Shown: piece after piece, positions 17,999 through 28,667 of the stretch
How the letters are laid out: each line of letters starts with the position of its first letter
Numbering within the stretch: the stretch's first letter is position 1
Source of the DNA: an uncultured virus (IMG/VR IMGVR_UViG_3300025009_000092)
Taxonomy: Duplodnaviria > Heunggongvirae > Uroviricota > Caudoviricetes
Length of the DNA stretch: 64,000 nucleotides
Reading direction: 5' to 3' (one strand)
IMG/VR virus record: IMGVR_UViG_3300025009_000092
Made by a program: the position numbers and the translations under genes
Notes under the pieces: model-generated
What the model saw: only the letters and a program-made list of their open reading frames with translations
Told to the model about the DNA's origin: nothing
Databases searched by the model: none

Positions 17999-19286
17999 GA
18001 AAAGTAAATTCCTTACCCGAGAAACAGGATTTGAATAATATTCTCGATAAAATCCGGGAAGAGTTAAATGACTTGGAAGAGGCCAAAGGCCTTTTATCAG
18101 ACATTTATGAACAACTGGAAAATGACAATCAAATAAGTCATTATACCTGGACTCGACTTGTTTCATTTATGGAGAAGAAATGAAACGCTATATCATCAGA
18201 ATGTGGTCAGATAAAGTTGACCCAGTAATTGTCGAAGTGGATATCGTCAGGGAGAATGAAGATGTTATTTTTCTGGCCGGCAAACCGATATCCAAAGACA
18301 CCGATTACATTAAAGTCCGGGATACCTGGGAAGAGGCAAAGGCAGAACTGGTTAAACTGCAAGCAGCAATAGTTAAAAACCATTACCGGCAATGGAAAAG
18401 ATCAGAAAGATTATTGAGAAAAATAGAGGAACAGAAAAATGTTACGTGATTTATTCTTTATTGTTATTGGAATGAATATTGGGGTGGGGATAAGTTTGGT
18501 ATTATTTAAGGGATTCAGAGAAGAATTTATGGAATTTTTTAATATAGAAATATCAAAAATCATTGAGGCAAATAAACAAGAACCATATATAGCAGATATA
18601 AATACAGAGTCGTTGAAATATAATCCGAAATACGGGGACGATAGAATTTGTAAATGCGGTCATGTTTATTATAGACATTTCGATTGGGCAGATAATTATG
18701 CTGCTGTTGGTTGTAAATATTGTAATTGCTATGAGTTTATAGAGAAGTTATAAAATCCCTTTAAACTTCTTTTTTAATCTCTCAAACTCCTTCAACTCCT
18801 TCTTTTCTGTCTCAGCAAAAATATACCAGGCCTCAAGCTGCTTACTGTATTCTGGTTTAATATTCGCTACGCTATTCCAATTCACTGACACTTCAAGAAA
18901 CTCTTTGTATTCATCCCATCTTCCATCTATACTACCGAGATTCCCATGAAGGCGAACGTATGTACTTTTCGAAGGAGTATGCATATGTCGGTAGTCTATT
19001 TCGATCTTTCCAATAACTCCAATATGGTATAATGCCAACAAAGCTGGTGGGGGGGCTTGCATTAATTCTTCTCAATATAATGAAATTGCTTTCTGTTTAC
19101 ATATTTCAATAACCGATTTTACCCCTCTCCGGACGTCTTCTCTCTTATATGCCCATGCTGAAATATTTATCTTCCCGTTATAAACAGACCTGAATTTAGG
19201 GAGAAGTTTTTCACATTCTTTACAGTCCTTGCAAAGCGCTTTATTTATTTCCAGGGTCAATAGTTCATCAGCATTGTTCTTTCCCA

Positions 19287-19766
19287 TTATTCAAAAATCC
19301 CCCATGCCTGCCTGTAGAATTCATTCCAAGTCTGTCGATGTGGTTTCCCCGGCCTCCAGGCTTCGATGTATTGCTCCCAGGATCGCTCGTACTCGTCTTT
19401 TTGAGGTAGGGTATCTGGTAGTGTCCAAAGCAATAGACGAGCGAATGCCGTAGCCAAAACATCGTTATGTTCGATAGCCGAGTAACTTGTAGAAACACTT
19501 CTATCGTATTGGAGCCGATCAAGTACATTATTCATGATCATACTGGTTTGATAATGTTTTAAAACTCCTGCTACGCCACCCATTTGCTCAAACTGATAAA
19601 ATCCTCTTGCTGGTCCACCAACTTGTCGACGATAAGTGAATCTTGATTCTTGCATGCCTATTGTCAACAGCATGGCTATTGCGGCTGGAGAGTTCATTTG
19701 CTTTGGCAGTAAAGCCAGGCCAGGATAAATTACGACTTGTAAAACATCGGATAGTTTCATCGTCAT
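19287..19766 (-). CDS. endolysin (lysozyme-like fold)
   Basis: GMQESRF..RRQVGGPARGFYQFE...WRPGKP; located at the end of the late operon. Confidence 0.75.
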   Translation of the reverse strand: MTMKLSDVLQVVIYPGLALLPKQMNSPAAIAMLLTIGMQESRFTYRRQVGGPARGFYQFEQMGGVAGVLKHYQTSMIMNNVLDRLQYDRSVSTSYSAIEHNDVLATAFARLLLWTLPDTLPQKDEYERSWEQYIEAWRPGKPHRQTWNEFYRQAWGIFE

Positions 19767-20497
19767 ACCTTGTCAATAAAAACGCATTCCCCACCGCGTT
19801 TCAACCTATTTTCAACATCCGGGATTCTCATTACCCAGAATCCGTGCATTATTCTGTTCCATTGAGGCCAGGAGTTAGGACCACCCATTAGATCATCTCT
19901 CAAATTAACAAAAGTACCTATATGAGCATGGCCACCAATTGATCTTCCAACCGGATGACACAATCCTTTATGATCAGGATTGGACATCCCATCTGTCCAA
20001 TCAAAACCGAATATAGGACAACCATAATATCCGAGACCAATGATAACCTCTTCAATGGTTCTTGCGTTATACCAGCCTTTGATCAAGCCTCTTCTTTTGG
20101 CTTCTCGACAAAGCGCAATTAAACTGGTTCCCTTGCCCTGAATTGGATCTCCAGGCCTTTCGCTTCCGGGGAATTGGTCATGATCCTGAGTATCAAAATA
20201 GAAATTAAGCGCCCAGAGAGAACCAAGCGATTGTATGCCAGGTTCGTGTTCAAGAGCCCCAGTCATTGCCATACCACCACAGGCAGACCATTCATCTTGG
20301 TTAAGAATGGGGTCACCAAACTTTTTGACCCTTCTTTTGCTGATCAGTTCCCTCCTGCTAAGATCAATACCACCATCAGGTGGGGCTGCAGCATATAACG
20401 GATATAATGAAGCATTAGGATTTGCTTCTGGAATTAATCCACATCGATAATCAAGAGTTTCTGTTTTTCCATCTCTGAACAACATTATATCCACCAA
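19763..20497 (-). CDS. papain-like (C1) cysteine peptidase
   Basis: NQDEWSACGG, GGHA and PNSW catalytic motifs. Confidence 0.75.
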   Translation of the reverse strand: MVDIMLFRDGKTETLDYRCGLIPEANPNASLYPLYAAAPPDGGIDLSRRELISKRRVKKFGDPILNQDEWSACGGMAMTGALEHEPGIQSLGSLWALNFYFDTQDHDQFPGSERPGDPIQGKGTSLIALCREAKRRGLIKGWYNARTIEEVIIGLGYYGCPIFGFDWTDGMSNPDHKGLCHPVGRSIGGHAHIGTFVNLRDDLMGGPNSWPQWNRIMHGFWVMRIPDVENRLKRGGECVFIDKV

Positions 20498-20932
20498 TTA
20501 AGGTTTTTTGAGACTGTCTTTTTTGTCGAATTGAAGATATGTAAGAGTGGAAATATTTACGTTCATATCTGTTATTGATCGGAGTAAAGCTTCATATCTT
20601 TCTTCTGTTCTGGCCTGCCCAGTAACCAATAGATCAATTTGTTTGGAAAGGTTTTTGATATCAGCTGCTGTTGATCCGACATTGGATGTATACTGGGCTT
20701 TCATATCATCTTTTACTTCTTTGATGTATACAAAAGATCCACCAACAAATAATGTAACGAGAAGTGACCATCCAAAAATTCGATTTTGCCAGGTAAGTAT
20801 TTTTGGAATATTATCGGTTAATGCCTGCATATTTTTTCTCCGCTCTACCTCAATGCCATGTAAAGCACATTGCCCATCAATTCCAAAGTTACATTTCCCG
20901 CTTTCTTTCTCGTCCTCATGTTCTGACATCAA
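20498..20932 (-). CDS. membrane protein with coiled coil (lysis cassette)
   Basis: one transmembrane segment (IFGWSLLVTLFVGGSFVYI) followed by a coiled coil. Confidence 0.5.
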   Translation of the reverse strand: MMSEHEDEKESGKCNFGIDGQCALHGIEVERRKNMQALTDNIPKILTWQNRIFGWSLLVTLFVGGSFVYIKEVKDDMKAQYTSNVGSTAADIKNLSKQIDLLVTGQARTEERYEALLRSITDMNVNISTLTYLQFDKKDSLKKP

Positions 20933-20964
20933 CCCTCTCCTTTGATGATTGCGAATTTCATTAT

Positions 20965-21014
20965 AAATTTATATGGGTCTTTATTGTTGATTTGTTAAAG
21001 ACCCATATAAATTT
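20965..21014. repeat. 19-bp perfect inverted repeat with a 12-nt loop
   Basis: AAATTTATATGGGTCTTTA / TAAAGACCCATATAAATTT. Confidence 0.9.
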
Positions 21015-21027
21015 GATAAAATCTCTT

Positions 21028-21297
21028 TTATTCTTTCAGAACAGGTTCATCCTTAGGCTCAACAACTTCGGGCTTTTTGAATACACCGGTGAGATTGGCC
21101 AGTTTCACCATTGCGGAAACAAAGACCTCGATAGCTGGCCAGACTGAATCGATCTCCTTGAAAATCACACTGAGACTTTCCCGGATAGCCGTAATCTTTT
21201 CTTTTCCCCAACCAGAAGCCGGGATGAACTCCTCAATCTTTTGTACTGCCTCGATAATAGCCGGCACCATCTGCAAGAACATTAAGATGTACTTCAT
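21028..21297 (-). CDS. hypothetical protein in the lysis region
   Basis: ORF coupled to the upstream holin-like gene. Confidence 0.5.
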   Translation of the reverse strand: MKYILMFLQMVPAIIEAVQKIEEFIPASGWGKEKITAIRESLSVIFKEIDSVWPAIEVFVSAMVKLANLTGVFKKPEVVEPKDEPVLKE

Positions 21298-21614
21298 GGT
21301 TTTTTCTCCTCTAGGGTTCCAATAGTTAAGGCATCTGCCCCTTTCAGTTTTCTCGTAGTGACAATCGTCAGAACGATATTTACGGCATTTAAAAGCCCAG
21401 CAAGTGATCCAGAAACGATGATTATCACCTCATCATTTACCGGCAATTTAACATCAATGGCTTCCAACCCAAGAACAATTGCGGTTAGAATAAGAGCAAT
21501 TTGATTCGCAGTAATGGCAACATTCTTCCAGCCTGCTGGGTCCGAAACCTGCTGCCCAGCTTCCAAAGCCTCCTTGAATTGCCCTACGTTTTTTATCAGT
21601 GAGATCCATCTCAT
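21294..21614 (-). CDS. holin-like protein
   Basis: two hydrophobic segments and a basic C-terminus. Confidence 0.5.
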   Translation of the reverse strand: MRWISLIKNVGQFKEALEAGQQVSDPAGWKNVAITANQIALILTAIVLGLEAIDVKLPVNDEVIIIVSGSLAGLLNAVNIVLTIVTTRKLKGADALTIGTLEEKKP

Positions 21615-21920
21615 AATACGCTTCGTCTCCTATAATCAGCCTGATGTAATCATCCCCAGTCATTGCCCTAGGAACACATGAACAAAATAAAAATATTGTG
21701 AAACCAACAAAACAGAACTTCATTTTTGCTTCTTACCCTTCTTTTGAAATAACTGTTTTATTAGTTTCACCAACTTCTTCAGATCCACTTTTATCCCAAT
21801 TATCTTGTCTTTTGGTGGAGGCGGATAGTCGTTCATGAGTTTCCTCATTTGGATAATTGCAGACTGGGCATTTGGACCTGTCAATATGTAAATGCTGACA
21901 GGTCTTGCAAATATATGACA

Positions 21921-22547
21921 TTAGTTATCGGTTACTACGACCGGAGTATCAACGATATCTACGCCAGGGGCTACGGGATCAGCTACTGGAGTAGTTGCAT
22001 CAAAACTGCCGCTGGTAGTCGCTGTGCCTTCCTCACCGGTATTGGTTACATCGGTATTAGTCTCTGAGTTGGTCCTTGAATTAGTTACCGACACATCACC
22101 ACCTTCCGTATTGCTCGTTGTACTATTCCCGGCATTCTTGCCTATACTATCAACAATCTCGGTTGCAGCCCATGCCCCTGCTACCCACTTCACCGCATTC
22201 AACACTCCGCCTCCGAGAACCTGGACGCTCCTATTACGATTGTTGGAGTCAGCGATTAAGACATCGTTCAAGTTCGTCCCCCCACCGCAGGGGTCAATCT
22301 GCTTGCCAGTCAATGCCCCGACGAGTTGCGCGGTTGCCTTCTGCTGCTCGATCATGACAATGGCCATGTCGCTCAGTTTGGAGTAGTCCGGACCATTCAT
22401 CGCCAGAGATTGATAGCAGGCCGTACGAGAGTGTTCCTTGTTCAGTTCGACCTGGACAGCACCATCCGTAGCGGCAAACTGATGTGGAGCACACCCAGCC
22501 AATAATACAGACAATGAAACTAAAATTACTGCAGCAATTCTTTTCAT
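21921..22547 (-). CDS. lipoprotein
   Basis: signal peptide with lipobox LLAGC. Confidence 0.6.
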   Translation of the reverse strand: MKRIAAVILVSLSVLLAGCAPHQFAATDGAVQVELNKEHSRTACYQSLAMNGPDYSKLSDMAIVMIEQQKATAQLVGALTGKQIDPCGGGTNLNDVLIADSNNRNRSVQVLGGGVLNAVKWVAGAWAATEIVDSIGKNAGNSTTSNTEGGDVSVTNSRTNSETNTDVTNTGEEGTATTSGSFDATTPVADPVAPGVDIVDTPVVVTDN

Positions 22548-22559
22548 ACTGGTTCCTCC

Positions 22560-23081
22560 TTAAAAGTAATAAGTTATCCGAGATGGATGCCTACCATACG
22601 GTGAATGGGCAAATGTATTGGTTTTATCTTTGGAATTCTTTACAACAAAGCCATTATGGGGGCCGCTGCTGATTCGGTTTGCCCTACCTAATTGAACTCG
22701 GTATCCTTCTCGCGGTCGATCAGAAAACACAACGATAGCAGTGCCCCCTCTAAACATAGGGAAAGTACGGAATGCTTGACGATTACCATTCCGCACCCCA
22801 TATGTCCCAGTGCTCTTTACGCCTGCTGCAAATTCACCAGCACCAGAATAAGGAACTGGTTGCGCCTCTACCCAGTCAACTCCTTCGAGTTCCTCAGCAT
22901 CGATATCTAGCTCAATAGCTTTATCGGTATCATCTTGAGCAAATGGATCATACTTTGCAGTGATATCCCCTGGCCCAGTCTGCTTGTTATCATTATCACT
23001 AGAACAACTGGAAGTCATTGCAATGATAATTAAAGCAATCAGAGCAACCGCCAATATTGTTAAAATAGAACTGGTTTTCAT
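22560..23081 (-). CDS. putative lipoprotein
   Basis: hydrophobic N-terminus followed by TSSC. Confidence 0.5.
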   Translation of the reverse strand: MKTSSILTILAVALIALIIIAMTSSCSSDNDNKQTGPGDITAKYDPFAQDDTDKAIELDIDAEELEGVDWVEAQPVPYSGAGEFAAGVKSTGTYGVRNGNRQAFRTFPMFRGGTAIVVFSDRPREGYRVQLGRANRISSGPHNGFVVKNSKDKTNTFAHSPYGRHPSRITYYF

Positions 23082-23319
23082 TTGCTCACCTACACCATAA
23101 ATGTTTTTACTTCTTTTCCTTTGCCAATTGCCGAAATAATTATCTCATTTTGAACAATAACTCGATCGCCAGAATATCTCGGAATTGATCCTCTGGCCTG
23201 CAAAAGCCTTCCGGAATCATCAATCAGTTGATAAAGATCACCGGATATCCTTTTCTGAATAGTGGCAATAATACTTACCTGTTGTTCTGGAGAAAACAAC
23301 TTTATGAGAGTTTCTTTTT

Positions 23320-23634
23320 TCATCTCATTTCCCGCTCAATTGCTATGGAAGTGGTGGCCGAAAACTGCCTTCCATTTTCAGAGATATCAATCGTTATGGC
23401 ATATAGTTTTAACTTCCCTCGATACTGGCCAGACTCTTCGGTTACATTCATCAGTTTTCCAACCGGCATATAAGGAAGCAAAGTGCAATTCCCGCGCTCT
23501 ACACTGCGATTACTGCAGTGATAATCTATTTCCCTTGTACCTCTAGCTATGCCGGCCTGATCCGTCGTTAGAAGCGATTCTACGATGTCTGGGCCTTGAT
23601 TATTGCCTGGGGGTCTGGCAACTTGAATTCTCAT
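23320..23634 (-). CDS. tail-tip region protein
   Basis: coupled ORF in the tail operon. Confidence 0.45.
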   Translation of the reverse strand: MRIQVARPPGNNQGPDIVESLLTTDQAGIARGTREIDYHCSNRSVERGNCTLLPYMPVGKLMNVTEESGQYRGKLKLYAITIDISENGRQFSATTSIAIEREMR

Positions 23635-24179
23635 ACGGCCTCGACGGTAAAAACTATGGCTATAGGATATTGTGCCTCATCCAATTCGATATCCCAACTA
23701 TCTGCTACTTTCTGAAAGTCAGAAGTGGAAAGCGGAGGTGGCCTGAACTGATAAAGAGTGCAAGAAAACGAATATGTAATATCTCCAATACAAGGAGAGT
23801 TAGAGGCTTTCAGTCCACCTTCTGTTTTTGTTAATGAAGCCTCATTGCCATACCAAACTGCGCTTGGCGAACCATCTATTTCATAATTTACACTGACCGG
23901 AGTATCGTTATTGACAAATAACATCTCATCTGTTTTTGATCTTGATACCTGGCCCTGATTTACTACTTGGCCAGCGGTAGTCTTGATGGCGGTGACTTGT
24001 AATTTGGATCTATTGTAATGAGTCCGAAACCAAATAAAATCGTCTTTATAGAATTCAGTTTTTACTTCACTTTGATCATCGACATTCATTATCTCATCCA
24101 ACTCGATAATAAACTGACGATCTGATTCAGCTACAGATTCACCAAAATCTACAACTATTGTTGGTCCACCAGACTTCAT
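23631..24179 (-). CDS. tail-tip region protein
   Basis: coupled ORF in the tail operon. Confidence 0.5.
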   Translation of the reverse strand: MKSGGPTIVVDFGESVAESDRQFIIELDEIMNVDDQSEVKTEFYKDDFIWFRTHYNRSKLQVTAIKTTAGQVVNQGQVSRSKTDEMLFVNNDTPVSVNYEIDGSPSAVWYGNEASLTKTEGGLKASNSPCIGDITYSFSCTLYQFRPPPLSTSDFQKVADSWDIELDEAQYPIAIVFTVEAV

Positions 24180-26449
24180 ATTGCTATTGCCTCCGGAAAG
24201 AACTGAACCTTCTCTATCTCTGCATCACGAACTCTGAACTTCCAATATTTTGTATTGTAAACCACTTCGACTAACGAATTCTGGCTCAAGTCTGTAGATA
24301 CTGTTTTATCTTCGTTTATGGTAATTAATCCAAGTTCGGTTTCTTTATAGTCATGGGAAATCTTGCCGTAAAAAGGCTTCTGGGTCATTCCTTCGCCGGC
24401 AATTATCTCCACTATTTCTGTTATTTTTTCTGTGGTAATTCCTTCAGCAACTATTGATACCCAAGCTCCACCAGAAGTATGAAGAATAACCTGCTCCAAT
24501 GGATTCCAGGGAACCTGATAAACATAAATATCTTTGGTGTTCTCATCAATATCTACTTGTTCAAGAGTCAATCCGCTTTCATCAATTACTTTATCAGAAA
24601 TTAAGAATCTGTTATATCCTTCCCGAATATCAGAAGTCGAATCTACAGAAAAGAAGTTATCCATATCAGTTAAATAAAAATCCGGAGTTGCAGTTTCCCA
24701 TTCTGTTGTTGATATAGGATATTCCGGAAGGCAAATTAATTCACCAGCCGGAGATGATTGAAGTATTCCACCAACAGCATTAACAATCCTTCTGATTATG
24801 GATAATGGCGATTCATTGTTTGCTGTTAAAACCCCTGTTGGGATATACCAATCAATCAATTGCCAAACCACCGTAATTGATTTAATAGCAGCAAGGCCGG
24901 CAACAATTACAGAAGCTAATGCTCCAGTAAATTCTTGATCTATTGGCGTTGCATATGGGCTATCAAGAAGGATCGTTTTTGAAGCAAGAGGAATATAATA
25001 TTCAACTCTGCCCCCTTCTGGTCTTGATTGCCTTGGTCCCTCAACAAGTAAATGATATTCCGTTGAATCTATCGGAATAATAATTTCAGTTTCAATATGT
25101 TTGCAAAGAAGAAATTCATTTTGGTCTGCAAGATGGATTTCACCTTTTATTGCATATTCACCTTCATCAATTTCAATATTAATATGATGTGGGTTTAATG
25201 AATCGCCAATATCTGTAGTTGCAGAAAATAATGGCTCTTGTGCCTCTTCAGCGTCTGGTCCGGCAATAAAAATCTGTTCGAGTTTTTGTCGAAGTAAAGT
25301 GTATTCAGAAAGATCATAATTATATGACATTAAAACTCGTAAATCTCCTTCTGAAATAAAATACCTCATCTCCATAATGGCCAGTAAATCGCCAGGCAAA
25401 TTCCAACTCTCAACCAAACTTTGTCGCAGCTGCAGGGCATCACCGAAGAGTTGGGATAGTAAACGCCGCAGTAGATCGGCCGAGCCGTAATACTGCTCCA
25501 GGTAGGCCCGCACCACCGGCACGTTGCCATAGTGCTGGGCCAGGACGGCGAGCATACGCAGACTGTAGACCTGGATCAGGACGGCGACCTGGCGGTTGGT
25601 GATGTGGTAGGTCTGGTCGAGGATTGAGCGGACCAGACCTCCTATGAGGCTGTAGGGCTGGTCGAGGATGGCGCGGACGCTGGTAATATTGGGGATGGTC
25701 GGCGCAGCTGATTTATACGGATGATCCACAGGAAGGCCAGCCTGGAGGCCCCACCTCCAGGACAGATATCCCTCTATCTGTTGCCGATCATTGGTCGAAA
25801 GCGCTGAAAAAATTACTATAAACTCACAAATATACCCATCCCAAAACTGCTGAACTCCATTAGAGTCAGTCAGGTTCGCCCCAATTGCTAATGGATTAAG
25901 CGTAAATGTCGAAATGGTACTTGCATTGGTTCCAACACTATTTCCATTGCGGAATGCTTGTCCGGAAGAGGCAGAAGTAACCATCTCCAAAAGTTGTGGT
26001 GTAGTGGGAAATCCCGCACTTTCAGTGATATCAGCATTGGTTGATGCTGTTATCCCTCCCCGTCTGTAGATAATGCTGGTGTTATCAATCTTCGCCATAA
26101 ACACACCAGCACCGTTACCAGCTATGCGTTCGCCAAATGCTATTCGAGCCCCTGCACCTGCATCGTCATTTTTACAGACCAAAAAAACTGAATAACTGGT
26201 CTTGCTGGAAAAAATTGATGCAGCTAATCGCAGCACATCATTAGTGCCATCAAAATTAATGGCATTTAGGCCATTAACTGCTCCGGGTGCGACTGCTGGC
26301 CGATTCGTTGTGGTGGCCTGTGTGGCGTGGCGATTATTGCCGGATTTATCGGCCCACTGGCTGACACCGGTGGCGATAGTGATCGTACTGGCATCGCTGG
26401 CATCAAGCCACAGATCAGTAGTAATTTCCGATGGTGTCCAGAGAGCCAT
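24176..26449 (-). CDS. tail protein with an N-terminal LamG/concanavalin-like domain and a hub-like C-terminus
   Basis: LWLDASD...VSQWADKSGNNRHATQ...FDG...IEGYLSWRWG pattern; position in the tail operon. Confidence 0.6.
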   Translation of the reverse strand: MALWTPSEITTDLWLDASDASTITIATGVSQWADKSGNNRHATQATTTNRPAVAPGAVNGLNAINFDGTNDVLRLAASIFSSKTSYSVFLVCKNDDAGAGARIAFGERIAGNGAGVFMAKIDNTSIIYRRGGITASTNADITESAGFPTTPQLLEMVTSASSGQAFRNGNSVGTNASTISTFTLNPLAIGANLTDSNGVQQFWDGYICEFIVIFSALSTNDRQQIEGYLSWRWGLQAGLPVDHPYKSAAPTIPNITSVRAILDQPYSLIGGLVRSILDQTYHITNRQVAVLIQVYSLRMLAVLAQHYGNVPVVRAYLEQYYGSADLLRRLLSQLFGDALQLRQSLVESWNLPGDLLAIMEMRYFISEGDLRVLMSYNYDLSEYTLLRQKLEQIFIAGPDAEEAQEPLFSATTDIGDSLNPHHINIEIDEGEYAIKGEIHLADQNEFLLCKHIETEIIIPIDSTEYHLLVEGPRQSRPEGGRVEYYIPLASKTILLDSPYATPIDQEFTGALASVIVAGLAAIKSITVVWQLIDWYIPTGVLTANNESPLSIIRRIVNAVGGILQSSPAGELICLPEYPISTTEWETATPDFYLTDMDNFFSVDSTSDIREGYNRFLISDKVIDESGLTLEQVDIDENTKDIYVYQVPWNPLEQVILHTSGGAWVSIVAEGITTEKITEIVEIIAGEGMTQKPFYGKISHDYKETELGLITINEDKTVSTDLSQNSLVEVVYNTKYWKFRVRDAEIEKVQFFPEAIAI

Positions 26450-26814
26450 TATTTGTCACCTCGCACGATATACTCGGTATGGCCGCACATTCCAGCCCTC
26501 CACGGTTGATCGGTGGCCGGGCGGTTCTGGCACTGGATGGCGTGGGAGGCGCATGGATTGCGGTCGGCAGACGCAAGCGGCACAATGACCGCCGACCCAC
26601 CACAGACAGAGCAGGTGGTGATGTTATCTGGTCGGCGACGTTTGGTTGGGGTTATATGTAGTTCACCGGCGGGTATGTATCGGCTAATGGCGGTATCGAT
26701 GACTGTAATTGTTGCAGGGATAGTCTGCCCAGCGGCATTTGCCGCCTGTAACAGTGCCCTGGTGTTTTGCAGATCTCTGAGATTATAGACCTCAATATTT
26801 ATCAGCATATCCAT
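26449..26814 (-). CDS. hypothetical zinc-binding protein
   Basis: CSVCG...C...CGH; GC-rich. Confidence 0.45.
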   Translation of the reverse strand: MDMLINIEVYNLRDLQNTRALLQAANAAGQTIPATITVIDTAISRYIPAGELHITPTKRRRPDNITTCSVCGGSAVIVPLASADRNPCASHAIQCQNRPATDQPWRAGMCGHTEYIVRGDK

Positions 26815-28667
26815 TCATAAGCCTGAGTTAATACTACGTTTATCCATATACCTCGGGATGAATACCACGGCAGTGCAATGTATGTATAGTTGCTAAACCC
26901 AAGGTTTCCGGACTTAAAGTTGGGAAATCCTTCAGGCCATGTGGCAGAGATTGCCCCGCATATCCTGCCATCCAAGGAAGAATCATAGAATGCTCCCCCG
27001 GTTTTGTGATACCAAGGAATCGAACAGCTGGGGCTGTTGCTTTCAAGGGCACACCTCTCGATGGCCGCTTCCAGAGTTAAAAACGATGAATCTAACTGGC
27101 AGAACTCGACATAGTTCTGCACCACTTTATATTTTCCCTTAATGCCAGTTTTAACGCCGGTCGCACCTGGACTATCAAATGCATTTATAAAGGAGGACGC
27201 ATGTTGAAACGCGGGCGTTGAATCATCACCGTTAAGACCTCCAGCGGTCTGATATGCCAAACTCCATCTGCCGACCGTGGCTCGTATCCATCCAGATGCA
27301 ATTGAGCATCCATCTGTCACCTCAATAGGTGCAGAGCCGCAGGCCAGTGGGCCAGCATAAATTTTGATAAAAGGCACAGACGTATCAGCATTACGTAGTG
27401 AATGCCCATCAAAGGTAAAATCTATCCCTTGGACCGACCAATGATAGGGGGCGGTACCGCCGACAACAAAGACCCATCCATTAGTCCCAGGAGCTAAAAC
27501 TTCAACCGAATTTTCACTATCCCAAACAATCGTAGTAGTATCTTCACAGCAATTTTGTTGACGAATTACCGTCTCTTCATATCGAGTTCCGCACCCCTCT
27601 GGAGTAATTGGGCCAAGACCGATAAACTCAATTGGTCCAGGCCATTCTAAAGTCATTCTGTTGATAATTTCATCTGATAACTTTTTCCCACCTTCTAGCC
27701 TAAAGCTTCGTACTCTACAGCCATCATGTTGACCATCAACGCAACATTTCTCACTAAAGAACCAAGGTTCAGTAACCGGAGATCCGAATGGAGGAAGCGG
27801 AAAATAATCAATACAACCATATTGCTGAACAGGTTCTGGCGGTGGTTCTGGCTCGGGATCTTCGTCCGGTGGAACTCCGGTTGAAGTTAAATATCCACAT
27901 ACCTCTTCAAGCAATCCTTCGTCTACTTCAGGAGGATTTATATCCGCTCGATAAACATGATAATGATAAAAAGCCAAAATATTCGCACTCTGAGACTCGC
28001 CAAGTTCAGACCCAACATAATTTGGTACACCTGGAATTTCTACAGTAACAATATCGTAAAGAGTTCCAAACTCAGCACGAAGAGATCCTGTTACCTCAAC
28101 TCCCCAAAACAAAGTATTTCCTAATGCCTGTATTGGTGGTGGAGTAATCACGCCATTTTTACCAATTACCTGTCCCAACCAAGAAACCCTCAATCCGGTT
28201 TGAACCGGAAAGGGGAGAACAGTAAAAGATTCATTTTTTACGTTTTGATTAACGCTTACCTGCTCTGAAGAAAGAACTGTTTTAATGATTTTGCCAACAC
28301 TTAGCCGTAATGTATATGGAACATCAGGGTGGCTTCTAATAATCTTTAAATCAGTTTGATAAGTTCCGGACCTCAGCATTTCACAAGCCGACATATCAAC
28401 TTCTGTCTTCTCAGCTATCTTATCAAGAACCTCATCCATATCCTCGAAAGAATCCGAAGTAACAGGCTCATCTGGGACGACAGGTTCTTCATCCTGACTT
28501 TCTACACATAAAGTCGTATCAAAAAGGGCGTCAATGGTATCAGCAACAAAACCAACAGTTGCCCGCTCATCCTCAACTACCTGCTCGATAGTCAACCAAT
28601 ACTCATCTTCCGGAGTCAGTTCGGAAAGTGGTAATTGATATCTGAGAATTAAATTTTTGTAACTCAT
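26802..28667 (-). CDS. tail / receptor-binding-region protein (Cys-rich)
   Basis: 621 aa ORF in the tail operon. Confidence 0.5.
   Translation of the reverse strand: MSYKNLILRYQLPLSELTPEDEYWLTIEQVVEDERATVGFVADTIDALFDTTLCVESQDEEPVVPDEPVTSDSFEDMDEVLDKIAEKTEVDMSACEMLRSGTYQTDLKIIRSHPDVPYTLRLSVGKIIKTVLSSEQVSVNQNVKNESFTVLPFPVQTGLRVSWLGQVIGKNGVITPPPIQALGNTLFWGVEVTGSLRAEFGTLYDIVTVEIPGVPNYVGSELGESQSANILAFYHYHVYRADINPPEVDEGLLEEVCGYLTSTGVPPDEDPEPEPPPEPVQQYGCIDYFPLPPFGSPVTEPWFFSEKCCVDGQHDGCRVRSFRLEGGKKLSDEIINRMTLEWPGPIEFIGLGPITPEGCGTRYEETVIRQQNCCEDTTTIVWDSENSVEVLAPGTNGWVFVVGGTAPYHWSVQGIDFTFDGHSLRNADTSVPFIKIYAGPLACGSAPIEVTDGCSIASGWIRATVGRWSLAYQTAGGLNGDDSTPAFQHASSFINAFDSPGATGVKTGIKGKYKVVQNYVEFCQLDSSFLTLEAAIERCALESNSPSCSIPWYHKTGGAFYDSSLDGRICGAISATWPEGFPNFKSGNLGFSNYTYIALPWYSSRGIWINVVLTQAYEWIC

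Noticed and set aside
26802..28667. Possible diversity-generating retroelement target in the tail protein C-terminus
   Set aside because: No reverse transcriptase and no template/variable repeat pair were seen in the window.
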